A DNA stretch of 64,000 bases. Origin: a virus. The notes below the pieces were generated by a model that was not told the origin of the DNA, did not search any database, and saw only the letters and a program-made list of their open reading frames with translations. The position numbers and the translations under genes were made by a program. Location: IMG/VR virus record IMGVR_UViG_3300028783_000001, positions 104,738 to 168,737 of that record. The stretch is one strand, 5' to 3'. Shown here in pieces: positions 38,787-48,913 of the stretch; the stretch's first letter is position 1; every line of letters starts with the position of its first letter.

Positions 38787-38892
38787 GTTACATGCTCCTT
38801 ATACGAGGTTGCTTACAATTTACCATCTAAGATCAGGAGTCCTGGCGCCAATATGATTCAGACGGCTGGGCCACTGATTAGGCGACAACAGC

Positions 38893-39390
38893 TCACATGA
38901 TTTGTCCGATCGAGCCTACCCAAGCTGGCGCGATGGTGACGCCATCACTAGACCATGCGAGCGTGGGGTTACCATTAACATCATTGGGGCCGATTGGGTA
39001 TTGCATATAAATCGTCGCACCAAGCGATGCCGCTAGCGCCAAAAACGTCGGCTTCATCTTTGTGGTGATGATCGCGGGGTCGGCATTATGTCGAATACGA
39101 AGCCAGAGCCCTGGCGCCATCACGGCGGGAGTTATTAGGTTTGGTGGCGTGGCTGTGTCGTAGACTGCAGGCGTTTGCACGACCGCTCCAACAACATTAA
39201 TAAAGTAGTCACCATTTGCCGCTAATCCACCCGCGATAACGACTTGGCTTTGCGCGGCATTATAATAGCCGAGCGCCTGCGCGAGTTGGACGAGAACTGC
39301 GGTCGATGGGTAATTGACGACCAGCTCTACGGCGTGGGCCGGCGTGGATAGTCCGAAGATAACTGCTAGAACAAGAGCGAGCTTTTTCAT
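38893..39390 (-). CDS. hypothetical fibre-associated protein
   Basis: signal-like N-terminus; downstream of the fibre-like gene. Confidence 0.5.
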   Translation of the reverse strand: MKKLALVLAVIFGLSTPAHAVELVVNYPSTAVLVQLAQALGYYNAAQSQVVIAGGLAANGDYFINVVGAVVQTPAVYDTATPPNLITPAVMAPGLWLRIRHNADPAIITTKMKPTFLALAASLGATIYMQYPIGPNDVNGNPTLAWSSDGVTIAPAWVGSIGQIM

Positions 39391-39391
39391 C

Positions 39392-39709
39392 TTATTTCCA
39401 AACTTTCTTTAGTTGGGCGATGGCGGCGTCGATGCCGTCGTTGAAGCCATTTGCCCCCTCGTCGTTTGAGTCGTTTGGCTCGACCTTGCAATTTTCTATT
39501 TGCTTGACAAGCTCCACCATAATTGCCTCAACAAGCTTATACCACTCGCTCACGACGTAATCCGGCTGTCTTTCGAGAGAAAATTGTGGTACATCGGAAG
39601 CGTTATCTTCTGGATCTAGTTTCCAAACGGCGTCGAGGGCATATGGACTCGGCAAATTTTCAGCGATGATCCTCGCGATGTCCACTGCGGTGAAGATGAT
39701 CTGCGTCAT
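39392..39709 (-). CDS. hypothetical protein
   Basis: ATGA overlap; AGGAG RBS. Confidence 0.55.
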   Translation of the reverse strand: MTQIIFTAVDIARIIAENLPSPYALDAVWKLDPEDNASDVPQFSLERQPDYVVSEWYKLVEAIMVELVKQIENCKVEPNDSNDEGANGFNDGIDAAIAQLKKVWK

Positions 39710-41286
39710 GAATAAGAAGCTCCTACAGTTGTCTTGGCGCGGAAGACGGCGGAGGACATAGCGGCGCTGTAGCCGCCGAGGGAACGGAGGTGGTAATTGA
39801 GACGGAAAGAACCGCCTCTGTCGCCAAATCCTATTACAGTTGAAGCCAGAAAGCTTATTGAGCCGCCATTTACTAGAGCACCACCATTAACAGATAGATA
39901 TGGAACCGCAGAAATGACTTGAACACCCATCCTCGCAGGAGAACCATTCGTTAGATTTGTCGCCGCGTCATATGACCAAGCGCCGCCCGCGCTTGCAAAC
40001 TGACCAGCATATTGGCCCGGAACGCCGACGGATGTGTTGCCGCGCTGAAGTTCTAGAATGTTTACACCCTGAATACTTGCGATGATGCCATTTTCGACTA
40101 CGGGGTCAAACGTCCCCTCAACAATCAACGTGCCCGTAGTGTCGCTCCAACCGAGAGCGGCGGGCGTGGCCGTTAGGGACTCGGAGGCGCGGGTTGCGCT
40201 GGCGGTTGTGGTCGGGATTGGCGAAGACTGTTGAGTTGTTTCGTTCTGGACGTATTGCACCGCGATGGCGTCGCCATTCGTGGCAAGTTTGAATCCGACC
40301 GAAGGGTTAGCGAGCGTTTGTATGGGGATAGTCTGCGAGGCCCACGAGCCTGTGATCGTGATGGCCGTCCACGTCGTTCCACCGTCCGTGGTCATGTAGA
40401 CCGCGCCGGTTCCGGTGATGCGCTTCACAAGCGCGGATTGTGCGCGGGCCGACGAACCGAGGGTTATGCTCTGGAGGACCGCTCCGTTTGCTGAGGTCGC
40501 GGTGATTGAGGATGCGCCATTCGCGACGCCATCCGCGCCTGTTTGGTTCAGCGCGGCAGTGATGTTGCTCTTTGCCCACGCCGTGTTCGTGAGGTCGTTG
40601 GAATAGAGGACGACATTCGTCGCCGCCACGGACTCAAGCAGGAGACCTGCCGCCGTGGAGTTGGGATAGTCGAAGCGCGGGCCGTAGTAAGCGGAGGCTC
40701 CCGTGACGACTTGATCGCCGGCACGGGGAGCGGCTTCGTAGGTGACGGCGGATAGCGTCGCGCCATATACATCTATAGCATCGCCGGTGGTTGACATCGT
40801 TAAATAGAAATATGATGTTCCACCGCCAACACTATATGTAGAAAACTGCTGCCAACTACTAGTTAGGGGCAGCGTAGTATTGCCACCAATACCCGGAGTC
40901 CATAAAGTTACAGCCCCGGTTCCTGTCCGTCTTCTAATCCAGATGGAGGATACTGCATTTACGCCGTTTAGACCTGTATTGGATTGGTATAATGTAGCCG
41001 AAGCTGTTGCGGTAAGTGTAGAAGCATTTGTTCCACTGAATGGGTCTGCTATACCGGAGGTAACTGATATGGCAGTTTTTGTCCATGCGGCGTTTGTAAA
41101 CGTGTTGCTATACGTTAGCAGGTTGTTCGGCGCATAGGTCAGCGTGCCCGTGCTGTCGAACATCATTGCGTTGCCGGCGCGGGAAAAAGCTAACCACGGC
41201 GGCAACACGCTTGACTTGGTAAAGTTGTATTGCAGTAAAGGCTTAATGCCTGTGCTACTTAATAGTGCGCGTCTGGTACCGATCAT
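39706..41286 (-). CDS. putative fibre / receptor-binding protein with repeated carbohydrate-binding-like modules
   Basis: FSRAG..FDSTGTL; two N(L/V)(L/V).YSN..TN.AW.K repeats; PRFDY..GLLLE; PIPTT.ASATRA. Confidence 0.65.
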   Translation of the reverse strand: MIGTRRALLSSTGIKPLLQYNFTKSSVLPPWLAFSRAGNAMMFDSTGTLTYAPNNLLTYSNTFTNAAWTKTAISVTSGIADPFSGTNASTLTATASATLYQSNTGLNGVNAVSSIWIRRRTGTGAVTLWTPGIGGNTTLPLTSSWQQFSTYSVGGGTSYFYLTMSTTGDAIDVYGATLSAVTYEAAPRAGDQVVTGASAYYGPRFDYPNSTAAGLLLESVAATNVVLYSNDLTNTAWAKSNITAALNQTGADGVANGASSITATSANGAVLQSITLGSSARAQSALVKRITGTGAVYMTTDGGTTWTAITITGSWASQTIPIQTLANPSVGFKLATNGDAIAVQYVQNETTQQSSPIPTTTASATRASESLTATPAALGWSDTTGTLIVEGTFDPVVENGIIASIQGVNILELQRGNTSVGVPGQYAGQFASAGGAWSYDAATNLTNGSPARMGVQVISAVPYLSVNGGALVNGGSISFLASTVIGFGDRGGSFRLNYHLRSLGGYSAAMSSAVFRAKTTVGASYS

Positions 41287-41290
41287 CCGA

Positions 41291-41797
41291 TCAACCCCAC
41301 AATGTTCCAAGCGAGATGCTCATGTCGGACGTGGAGTTGAGGGCCGCCGTCGTCGCATCGGGCACCACCACCACAAAGAGGCTCGACGACTGCCCCTGAA
41401 TAGCTTTTGCGATGCCATCCATAGTGTAGATGGTGTGCGTCCCGAGGACGCTAACGCCGTTAGTGAGATGATAGATTCCGAGGAGATACGCCGTATCGCC
41501 CGAGACGATAGCTGCGGTATTGGTGTCGGTGAATGTGCCGCTGGGCGACGTGTCGAAGATTGCGACATAGAAGCCGCCCGTCTGCAAACTGCCCTTGAAG
41601 CGAAGCGTGATGCTCTCAAGCAGCGCGGAAAACGGCGTTCTAGGAAGAATGTTGGCGAACGTCATGATGCCGCCAATGACCTTGTTCGCGGCATAGGTCG
41701 CGGCGGTGACGGTCGGCGTGACGAGGACGCGCGTGGTGGTCTGCACCAGCATTATATCTAATGGGTCTTGTGTGGAACCTGGTGAATTTGGAATCAT
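41291..41797 (-). CDS. hypothetical virion protein
   Basis: beta-rich ORF next to the fibre-like gene. Confidence 0.6.
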   Translation of the reverse strand: MIPNSPGSTQDPLDIMLVQTTTRVLVTPTVTAATYAANKVIGGIMTFANILPRTPFSALLESITLRFKGSLQTGGFYVAIFDTSPSGTFTDTNTAAIVSGDTAYLLGIYHLTNGVSVLGTHTIYTMDGIAKAIQGQSSSLFVVVVPDATTAALNSTSDMSISLGTLWG

Positions 41798-41864
41798 CTA
41801 CGTGGCCCATGGTTAATCTTTCTTTAAGGTTCACATTCAGGACTACAAAACAACGTGGGAAGAT

Positions 41865-42224
41865 TCACATAAACGCCCCGTAGCGCTGTGCTATGATCTG
41901 GACGTTTGCGCCGTAGATTGCAGACTCTGGGATTGATACCCAGTTACTAATAATACCTGCGCCACCGCCCATGTAAGCTAGCCGATCCCCAGGAGATACG
42001 GTTAGTGATCCGGCACCTAGTGTTCCGCCACCATACGTAAATGAACCTACGACGGTGAATGAATCATAAGCGGCAATACCCTCGGACGGGCATATTGTGA
42101 TATCACCAAGAGTGGGTAGGTTTAATGCTACGGCATTGTCGGGAGCGTTTGGATCAAACGCTCCACGCGTTCTAAACGGATTGTTGTCAACGCCTGCAGA
42201 CGTCCTCCATTGCATATTTGCCAC
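41865..42224 (-). CDS. hypothetical protein
   Basis: GGAGG RBS; GTG start. Confidence 0.6.
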   Translation of the reverse strand: MANMQWRTSAGVDNNPFRTRGAFDPNAPDNAVALNLPTLGDITICPSEGIAAYDSFTVVGSFTYGGGTLGAGSLTVSPGDRLAYMGGGAGIISNWVSIPESAIYGANVQIIAQRYGAFM

Positions 42225-42233
42225 GGTGACCTC

Positions 42234-42767
42234 CTATCTCAAGTGAATGGATGGTTGGGTAGGATTCTTACCTTGTAGAATTGCCTCGATCTGGGTTTCC
42301 ATTCGAGTAAGGTTTTGCTGGTATGGATTTATTGCGAGAAACCACAACCCACCAACAATCGTACACATCAGCATCGCGGCTGATATCCACGTAGCCCACT
42401 TTGGCTTCTCTAGCTCGGCTATCCGGGTATTGATCTCATCGTCGCTGGTCTTGATTGAATCTTTGATACGATCGATTTCAATGGCTACCGCGCTTGCATA
42501 ACGCTCGTGTGCCTCGTGACCCCAACTACTGGCAATCTTCTCTTCCGTTCGTTGGTGATAAGCATTTAGCTCCACTGCCCGCTCCTCAATAGCCCCTAGT
42601 GCCACTAGTAGTGCCTTGTCTCGGTCGGCCAGCATCTGCTCAATACGAGCAAACTTCGCTGTAAATACCTCGTCAAAGTAAATCTTTAATGTGGATGTCG
42701 TCCACTGCTGTTCGTTAAGTGGTGGCATGATGTTCGCACTCTCTGTATATGACACCTCCATAGACAC
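42234..42767 (-). CDS. coiled-coil membrane protein
   Basis: helical body with one C-terminal TM (WISAAMLMCTIVGGLWFLAI). Confidence 0.6.
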   Translation of the reverse strand: MSMEVSYTESANIMPPLNEQQWTTSTLKIYFDEVFTAKFARIEQMLADRDKALLVALGAIEERAVELNAYHQRTEEKIASSWGHEAHERYASAVAIEIDRIKDSIKTSDDEINTRIAELEKPKWATWISAAMLMCTIVGGLWFLAINPYQQNLTRMETQIEAILQGKNPTQPSIHLR

Positions 42768-42783
42768 TCGAGATTACACTTGG

Positions 42784-42811
42784 AGGGTGGCGGATTAGTT
42801 TCCGCCACCCT
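42784..42811 (-). terminator. hairpin
   Basis: AGGGTGGCGGA..TCCGCCACCCT inverted repeat. Confidence 0.5.
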
Positions 42812-42821
42812 GTTTATTAGA

Positions 42822-43760
42822 TTACCAAACCCTCGCTTGGAACCAATCGCCAACTGCATATCCGAGGATTTGCAGTTTGCTGCCCGGAGGAGACTCGGTT
42901 GGATTGGTATGAATCTCGGAAACTACCGCGACGTATTGCGCGCTAGAACCAGAGGCAACTGGAGTCGTGCCATTGTCCGTTACCCATAATACGTGGGAAG
43001 CGGTTAGCATGCTGTTATACACCTTGTAGCCATTGACGGGAGCAATGGCCAGAGTCTGCGCGGCGGGGGTCATAGTGACCGTCCACGTTGCACCAGTGCC
43101 GGCACCAGTTGTAGTGACGCCACCGAGGATGGTGGTCGATGGATACACGATACCAGAACCAGCAGTGTTAGTCGCAGTCTTTACACCAAACGAGAGGGCA
43201 AAGGTTGCACCGGTCAACGACGCGGTGCAACTACCTGGCTCGACGGTGAGGCTGGTAGGCATTACCGTGTAGTCGCCTGCAACTGATACTACAAGCGCAC
43301 CAGATATTGCACCACCAGCGATGGTCCCAGTTACCTGAAACTTAGTGCCCGTTCCGGTAGTACCAGTACAAGTAGTAGCACCAGTAGTGCCGCCGGATCC
43401 ACCAGCGGCAACTGTTGCTGAGTAGAGCTGCACGTGGGTGATGGTAAGCACGGAGTGAGTAACTCCACCATCGGTGAGGGTCTGCGTATCACCGATAACG
43501 TAACCGCTGCCCATGACGGAGTATGCAACGCTGGCGACGTAACCAGAAACCTGACCGTCTAGGTTGGTAACAGGAAGCGTGACGTTTACTCCACCCATCG
43601 AAGGATTTGGGTATCCGTTTCCTGGTGCCGTTACTGGACCGGCTTGGTATGGTGAGTAGGTGACAACTGGACTGACGGCGTTTGCACTGGTGGCAAGTCC
43701 GAACAGCGCGGCGGCACCGGCAACTGCACCGATCCAGCCTAGGTGATTTTTAAACTTCAT
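42822..43760 (-). CDS. Gly/Thr-rich beta protein with a signal-like N-terminus (surface or virion)
   Basis: GSGY..GD, TGTGT.FQV and TGAGTGAT repeats; GAGG RBS. Confidence 0.6.
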   Translation of the reverse strand: MKFKNHLGWIGAVAGAAALFGLATSANAVSPVVTYSPYQAGPVTAPGNGYPNPSMGGVNVTLPVTNLDGQVSGYVASVAYSVMGSGYVIGDTQTLTDGGVTHSVLTITHVQLYSATVAAGGSGGTTGATTCTGTTGTGTKFQVTGTIAGGAISGALVVSVAGDYTVMPTSLTVEPGSCTASLTGATFALSFGVKTATNTAGSGIVYPSTTILGGVTTTGAGTGATWTVTMTPAAQTLAIAPVNGYKVYNSMLTASHVLWVTDNGTTPVASGSSAQYVAVVSEIHTNPTESPPGSKLQILGYAVGDWFQARVW

Positions 43761-43824
43761 GTTTGTTTCCTCTGTTGGTTTGTATAGTCATGGAACCTGC
43801 AGGTTTCACATCCTAAATTGGTCC

Positions 43825-44136
43825 CTAATCCACAGGCTCAATTACACGCCCGCGAATCTTAATGGGGACAACTTCTAACATATCCGTAAATAGCTTGGGT
43901 ATGATTGGCAACCGGAATCGGTCTCTGAAAAAGCCAATCTCTTCATCCGGGGCGTTTAGTGGATGAACCCACACAGAAACACCAACAAGCAGGACTGAGA
44001 TTATTCCTGATGCATGAAGATTGTAAGCACGTACCTGATACAACTGACCCTTGATTAGCGATACCGGTGTCATGCGCGGCTTGGCATCGATACATATTAT
44101 TTCGGTTAATGGTGGCAGGTCTGGTGGAATCATCAC
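43825..44136 (-). CDS. hypothetical protein
   Basis: AGGAG RBS. Confidence 0.55.
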   Translation of the reverse strand: MMIPPDLPPLTEIICIDAKPRMTPVSLIKGQLYQVRAYNLHASGIISVLLVGVSVWVHPLNAPDEEIGFFRDRFRLPIIPKLFTDMLEVVPIKIRGRVIEPVD

Positions 44137-44153
44137 TGGCTCCTATTAACAAA

Positions 44154-44906
44154 TCACCCGATTGGCTCTGCCATTGCCCCACGCCACGCTGGTGTAGCGA
44201 CGCTAGATAATTCAAAGCCGGTGCACCCACGAGCGATACGGTAGACTAGCTTATTCCCAACACTACCAACACACACGCCACGCTTCGGATGGATGTGACC
44301 ACAACCGCCCTCGCGTAGCGAGGCGTTGCATACCGAGCAGTTGTAATCGCTAACCCAACAGCCCATACTAAACCCGGAACGCCCACCCTGAACGCGTGCG
44401 GCTAGCTCAGGAAATTTGTTACGATCCCACCCGGCCAGCAGCACCACACGGTGCAAGTCGCCCACGTAGTTTGGCACGCGCTTCATCGACGCATCGAAGA
44501 TCATTCCACGCGCAATCGTGGGATCTTGGTTTGCGTGCTCCTCGTGCGTCGGCTTACCCACCCACGTGCGGTATGAGATGCGCCCGGCGTTTGGATTCCA
44601 CGCGCTCATCTCCTCAAACGGGAAGGCCGCGAGGTTTGCGTTTGGTAGGTCCGTCAGGAAGATTGTGCAGGGAACGATGATGTAGTCGGACATCGACGCT
44701 GAGGTTCCGTAGACCTCAGACGCATAGGGCATCCAGCTATTGACGTTTAGGAGCGCGGTGGCAACCTGGCCTTTATCCGTAACGCCGTCGGGTAGCGATC
44801 CTGTCTTGACAACTTGATGCATGTCTATAGGAGCGTCTGCTGTAGAATCCTCTGCAGCAGCATACTCTACGAAGCGATTTTCGTCGCTGGCCATCATTAA
44901 GTTCAT
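44154..44906 (-). CDS. putative prohead maturation protease
   Basis: PNAN, GKPTHEEH, GMIFDA, FSMGC (Ser), CSVC..CGH, FELSSV..PA motifs; near the portal. Confidence 0.75.
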   Translation of the reverse strand: MNLMMASDENRFVEYAAAEDSTADAPIDMHQVVKTGSLPDGVTDKGQVATALLNVNSWMPYASEVYGTSASMSDYIIVPCTIFLTDLPNANLAAFPFEEMSAWNPNAGRISYRTWVGKPTHEEHANQDPTIARGMIFDASMKRVPNYVGDLHRVVLLAGWDRNKFPELAARVQGGRSGFSMGCWVSDYNCSVCNASLREGGCGHIHPKRGVCVGSVGNKLVYRIARGCTGFELSSVATPAWRGAMAEPIG

Positions 44907-44907
44907 G

Positions 44908-45198
44908 CTAATCTCCTGAATCGGAGTCAATCCATGCTTGGAATGACCCGCGTCCAAAGCGAGTGTAGCTGGCGACGTCGCCAGCCGGGTTGTAGGCAAG
45001 CCACGGATAAAACTTATCATCGTGGTCGGCACACACAATGCAGTGCCACTCCTCACCGTCGACCATGACATCTGCGTCGAGGTCGCCATGGAGCGCGAGG
45101 GTGTTTATGATTTCATCTACCATGATCCATGTGACGTCTGTCATGCTAGAGTCTGGGTAGATGCTATAATTACCCAAGGGTCGCCAGGTATGAGTCAT
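44908..45198 (-). CDS. hypothetical protein
   Basis: ATGA-coupled ORF. Confidence 0.45.
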   Translation of the reverse strand: MTHTWRPLGNYSIYPDSSMTDVTWIMVDEIINTLALHGDLDADVMVDGEEWHCIVCADHDDKFYPWLAYNPAGDVASYTRFGRGSFQAWIDSDSGD

Positions 45199-45644
45199 GC
45201 CTGGGCTCCGGCGGCTGTCTTTGAAAAACGATCAAGGTTGTCTGGGTCTGCATTAAACTCAATCTTGGAAGCGTGCTCCTTACCAGCTGCGATGGCGCAT
45301 GAGAACCAGCTGAGCATGATAACTTCGTCTGGTGCCTGCAGCTTGAACCGGCTGGTAAACGCGCGAGCCCACTTGCGAGCATCTGCACCAAAGCTATTGA
45401 AGTCGAAGAATGTTGAGAACTCACGGCTGCGAGCCTCTGCGGCGGTCTCATGTTCGATGAATAATGTCTCGCGGAAGACTGTCTTGCCAACCAGATTCGA
45501 CTCTTGAATGAGGAAGGACGACTCTTCATCATCTGTGCGAACCAACTCTACCACGCGGTCTGGTGTAATTCGAACTACTCTCCACAACAATCGTGAGTCG
45601 GTATTTGCAGCATCTGCCTTTACGATGTCATTGACATTCAACAT
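45195..45644 (-). CDS. hypothetical protein
   Basis: GGAG RBS. Confidence 0.55.
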   Translation of the reverse strand: MLNVNDIVKADAANTDSRLLWRVVRITPDRVVELVRTDDEESSFLIQESNLVGKTVFRETLFIEHETAAEARSREFSTFFDFNSFGADARKWARAFTSRFKLQAPDEVIMLSWFSCAIAAGKEHASKIEFNADPDNLDRFSKTAAGAQA

Positions 45645-45683
45645 GAGGGTCGGCTCCGCGTTGTGGGTTTGTGTATGAGATAA

Positions 45684-45760
45684 TGGTCTGAGCAGCAGGA
45701 TTCGAACCTACGACCTCCTCATTCCGAATGAGGCACGCTACCAGGCTGCGCTATGCTCAG
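45684..45760 (-). tRNA. tRNA-Pro(CGG)
   Basis: CTGAGCATAGCGCAGCCTGGTAGCG..CCTCA-TTCGGAA-TGAGG..GGTTCGAATCC..ACCA; 77 nt. Confidence 0.95.
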
Positions 45761-45766
45761 ATATGA

Positions 45767-46102
45767 TTAGGCAGATTTCCTCATTGGCTCGTAGTCGACT
45801 CCGTCTTTTGTGACTATAAAATTCAACTCAATGTATGGTTCTGGTTCGGGATATACACCGGCGAGCGAACCATCAGGGTGGTAATAGAACGCCATACCCT
45901 TCGGTGGATAGATGTCCGTATGCGCTACGAGATTTAGCTTGGCTTGATCCAGCTTAGGGTTGTCGTCTATATCGTCTGAGACGACCTTAAAACTAAGAAT
46001 GTCACGGGCATGTTGGATGCTATCGAGAAGACAACGCAACGGGCCGCATACATGATCCGCCTTGCATGTGTGGTTTGTTTCATTTGTGGTGTCGTTCATC
46101 AC
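45767..46102 (-). CDS. hypothetical protein
   Basis: coupled ORF. Confidence 0.5.
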   Translation of the reverse strand: MMNDTTNETNHTCKADHVCGPLRCLLDSIQHARDILSFKVVSDDIDDNPKLDQAKLNLVAHTDIYPPKGMAFYYHPDGSLAGVYPEPEPYIELNFIVTKDGVDYEPMRKSA

Positions 46103-46716
46103 TGTGCATCCATTCTCGGTTGGGTGATTATTTCAGCCTGCTCATGGCCAATCCACTGCAGAGCTACAGGACCTACTTCAAGCGCGTTCCAGTAGCGCGC
46201 GCCGGTTGTCTTACCATTCCACGTCTGCGCATATGAAAACTGTAATACGTTTTGGTGAACGACACCACTTGCGAGTGTGAGGCTTGGAAGCAGCGCCTCA
46301 AACACAACCACTTGATACCCATTGCCTATGACGCAAAATGGTGGCCAGCTCTTTGTTGGGTTGTAGGTCGGATAGTTTGATATTATCTGACCAATGCTGA
46401 TCAGGTTTCCCCACAGGATCGGGGTAGATAGCACCTCCTCCTGAACAGGTCCGAATACCGATTTTAGGAGTGCATTTTTCTGCGGATAGTCGTCACGCCA
46501 CTCCTTCAACCCCAGGCTTGGATCATATTGCAGATACCAGGTGTCCAGCCATGTGCCGTTGGCATCATAGTCTTTACACAACATGGAATCTGTTGCTAGA
46601 TCATATGAGAATAGTGACGACACCGATGGGCACGTTCCCGTCGCATCCACGTAGTGGAACCAACGTCGCTCAGTCGTCTTAAAGAATGGCCAGTAGGCAG
46701 CGACTGGGATCGTCAT
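46099..46716 (-). CDS. hypothetical Trp/Tyr-rich protein
   Basis: GGAG RBS; long ORF. Confidence 0.65.
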   Translation of the reverse strand: MTIPVAAYWPFFKTTERRWFHYVDATGTCPSVSSLFSYDLATDSMLCKDYDANGTWLDTWYLQYDPSLGLKEWRDDYPQKNALLKSVFGPVQEEVLSTPILWGNLISIGQIISNYPTYNPTKSWPPFCVIGNGYQVVVFEALLPSLTLASGVVHQNVLQFSYAQTWNGKTTGARYWNALEVGPVALQWIGHEQAEIITQPRMDAQ

Positions 46717-46717
46717 G

Positions 46718-46975
46718 TTATGCTCCATCTAATCTAATGCGAGTGGATGGGGAATATGTTGCCTTCGGCTCCAGGTATTCAAACGCCAAACTTCCATCTG
46801 GGTTGTACATGGGACGCGTGCGCTCAATAGGCCAAGATAGTTGCTGCATCGGCCCATCACATAAATATGCAAAGGGTAGCAGCATCGACTCTTGTAGCTT
46901 GCGCTCAAAGGCAGCGATGAGCGCAAACGCATCAAACAGTTCATCAGTCGGTGTAGAAGCAATTTCCTCAACCAT
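46718..46975 (-). CDS. hypothetical protein
   Basis: GGAGG RBS; TAATG overlap with the portal gene. Confidence 0.55.
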   Translation of the reverse strand: MVEEIASTPTDELFDAFALIAAFERKLQESMLLPFAYLCDGPMQQLSWPIERTRPMYNPDGSLAFEYLEPKATYSPSTRIRLDGA

Positions 46976-48912
46976 TAGAAGCCTCCCTCTGGCGCTCCCT
47001 GATACTGCAATCCATACCTCTTAATCAAGTGGGTGGTCTTCTTGGGCTCATGCTTGTCGTGCATAAGCCAGTTCATGCGCTGCGCAACAGACGCGTTGGC
47101 TGCCGCGACGATGCGATTCTGCTTCTCACCAGTATCGTTGCGGAAGCGCTGTGTTGTGTGGTAAGAATGACCGTTGATGGAATTGCGCGGTTGGAATTTG
47201 TCGTCGCGGTCGAAGCGCTGTAGAATGCTCTTGCGTCTGAATGGAGCAAGCGCCTTGTGGGGATCGTAGTTTCCATACTCCCCACCGCCCTGATCGTCGC
47301 CGCCACCGTCTTGCTGCTCCTGGCCGGTAACACCACCGGCCTGCTGAATGGCCTGCTTGTAGACCGCCAACTTCGCCTGCATCTCGACGTCGTCCTGCGC
47401 GCCGTTTATGATGTCACCAATATCCTGACCACCAGCCGACGCCATCATCCTGATCGGAATCGGGACGCCGGCCTGCTGCAGCAGCATGAGCATGTCGATA
47501 TAGTCTTTATCACCCTCTGGACGGATGCTGTTATGCCAGCTGATAGTTGGCGTAAGGTAGTCACCGATGTCGACATCGCTGTCCTGCGCACGTTCAACAT
47601 AGTTGTTGGTATAATGGAAGCTGCGGTCTTCTCCTAGCATGGTGCGGCGGAGACTGGTCTCCTCAAAATCGCCCATGAGCGCACGGCGGTGATTGTTGAC
47701 GATGGCCGTGTATGGAAATATCTTCTCGTAGAAAACGCTTCGTGTGATGTAGTCGCGAAAGGCGCGGATCATGTTAATGAAGATCGTTAGCGTTGCGCTG
47801 ACGGAGTCTAAGCTCATGTCGCCGCCAAGCAGACCGTCAGGCATGCCGAGGCCCTTGAGCTTTATGCTCGTGAGCACATCAATATTATCTGTCCACTTCC
47901 AGAAATCTCCCGCGCCGCCAATCTCTTGTGGCATGACGCCTGCACGCGTCGTAACGACGGCACCCAACGGATCAAGGTCGGCATCTAGAAACAACCCAGA
48001 CAGCTCCTGCATCTCCTCGACAGATGGATCCCAGTTTTCGTCACCGGCAACGATGTGGAGAACTGGGCGTTGCCTACGGTAGGCCATCTCAGTGGTCCCG
48101 CGCGCTAGCGATTTTTCCAATATATAGGTGATCATAATCTTGCGGAATAATGAGATTCCAAGCGGCTGGTGTGATAGGCCACGGCGCGGGATGTAGAGCG
48201 TGTTTTCCGGCTGCAGCTTTACGAGACCACCCTTGCGAAAATCCTCCGGCATAAACTTGAGGTATGCCTGCATGCGTGGGTCCTTAAGACCGATATGCAT
48301 CATGCGAGCCGCCTCTGGCGGAATATGGATGTCGATGACCGGAGTCGCCCCAAAGAATGGAACTGGTGTAATTTCCGCGTGGATCAAGTCTTGCGGCATC
48401 ATCGCGCTAAAGCACTTGTCCTTGTCGTCGAATATGGCGGTGCCGAGAAACGCACCGTCGACGAGGTAGGATGCCGCCAGCGTGGGTAGCAAGCTCTTGA
48501 CGCGGATGCGATCCATGCCGGACAAGTAGGGCTTGAGGTGGTCCTTATCCGGCATTCCTGATAGCGAGAAGTTGCCAAACGGAACACCAACGATGGTATC
48601 TACAACGGCACCACTAATTGGATCATTGTCATACATCTCACGCGCGAGCATGATCGTCTCAAGCGGCGAGTTTACCAGTAAGCCGGCGGAGAGCGATAGG
48701 TTTGTAGGTTTTGCAAACGACCTTACCACCGTATTGTTTGGTATGCCGTTGCCCATCGTATCTGGTAATGGTATGCCAGTACCGGGCGTCATCCCGTTGT
48801 CCGAACTACCATGAGCCGTGAACCCAGACCGCTGACGCGGACGTGGGCCCATGTCACCTCTGGTCTTAAACTTTCCACCGACCATCCGGTGCCTTCCAGC
48901 TCCCTTCAACAT
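46975..48912 (-). CDS. portal protein
   Basis: REMY.NDPISGAVVD, YLVDG, YIPRR..PLGISL, HIVAGD..W.P, DPLGAVVT, KGLGMP motifs. Confidence 0.8.
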   Translation of the reverse strand: MLKGAGRHRMVGGKFKTRGDMGPRPRQRSGFTAHGSSDNGMTPGTGIPLPDTMGNGIPNNTVVRSFAKPTNLSLSAGLLVNSPLETIMLAREMYDNDPISGAVVDTIVGVPFGNFSLSGMPDKDHLKPYLSGMDRIRVKSLLPTLAASYLVDGAFLGTAIFDDKDKCFSAMMPQDLIHAEITPVPFFGATPVIDIHIPPEAARMMHIGLKDPRMQAYLKFMPEDFRKGGLVKLQPENTLYIPRRGLSHQPLGISLFRKIMITYILEKSLARGTTEMAYRRQRPVLHIVAGDENWDPSVEEMQELSGLFLDADLDPLGAVVTTRAGVMPQEIGGAGDFWKWTDNIDVLTSIKLKGLGMPDGLLGGDMSLDSVSATLTIFINMIRAFRDYITRSVFYEKIFPYTAIVNNHRRALMGDFEETSLRRTMLGEDRSFHYTNNYVERAQDSDVDIGDYLTPTISWHNSIRPEGDKDYIDMLMLLQQAGVPIPIRMMASAGGQDIGDIINGAQDDVEMQAKLAVYKQAIQQAGGVTGQEQQDGGGDDQGGGEYGNYDPHKALAPFRRKSILQRFDRDDKFQPRNSINGHSYHTTQRFRNDTGEKQNRIVAAANASVAQRMNWLMHDKHEPKKTTHLIKRYGLQYQGAPEGGF

Positions 48913-48913
48913 A

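Noticed and set aside
39706-41286. Diversity-generating retroelement or invertible fibre cassette
   Set aside because: No reverse transcriptase, invertase or near-identical TR/VR pair was seen; the repeats are diverged protein modules.
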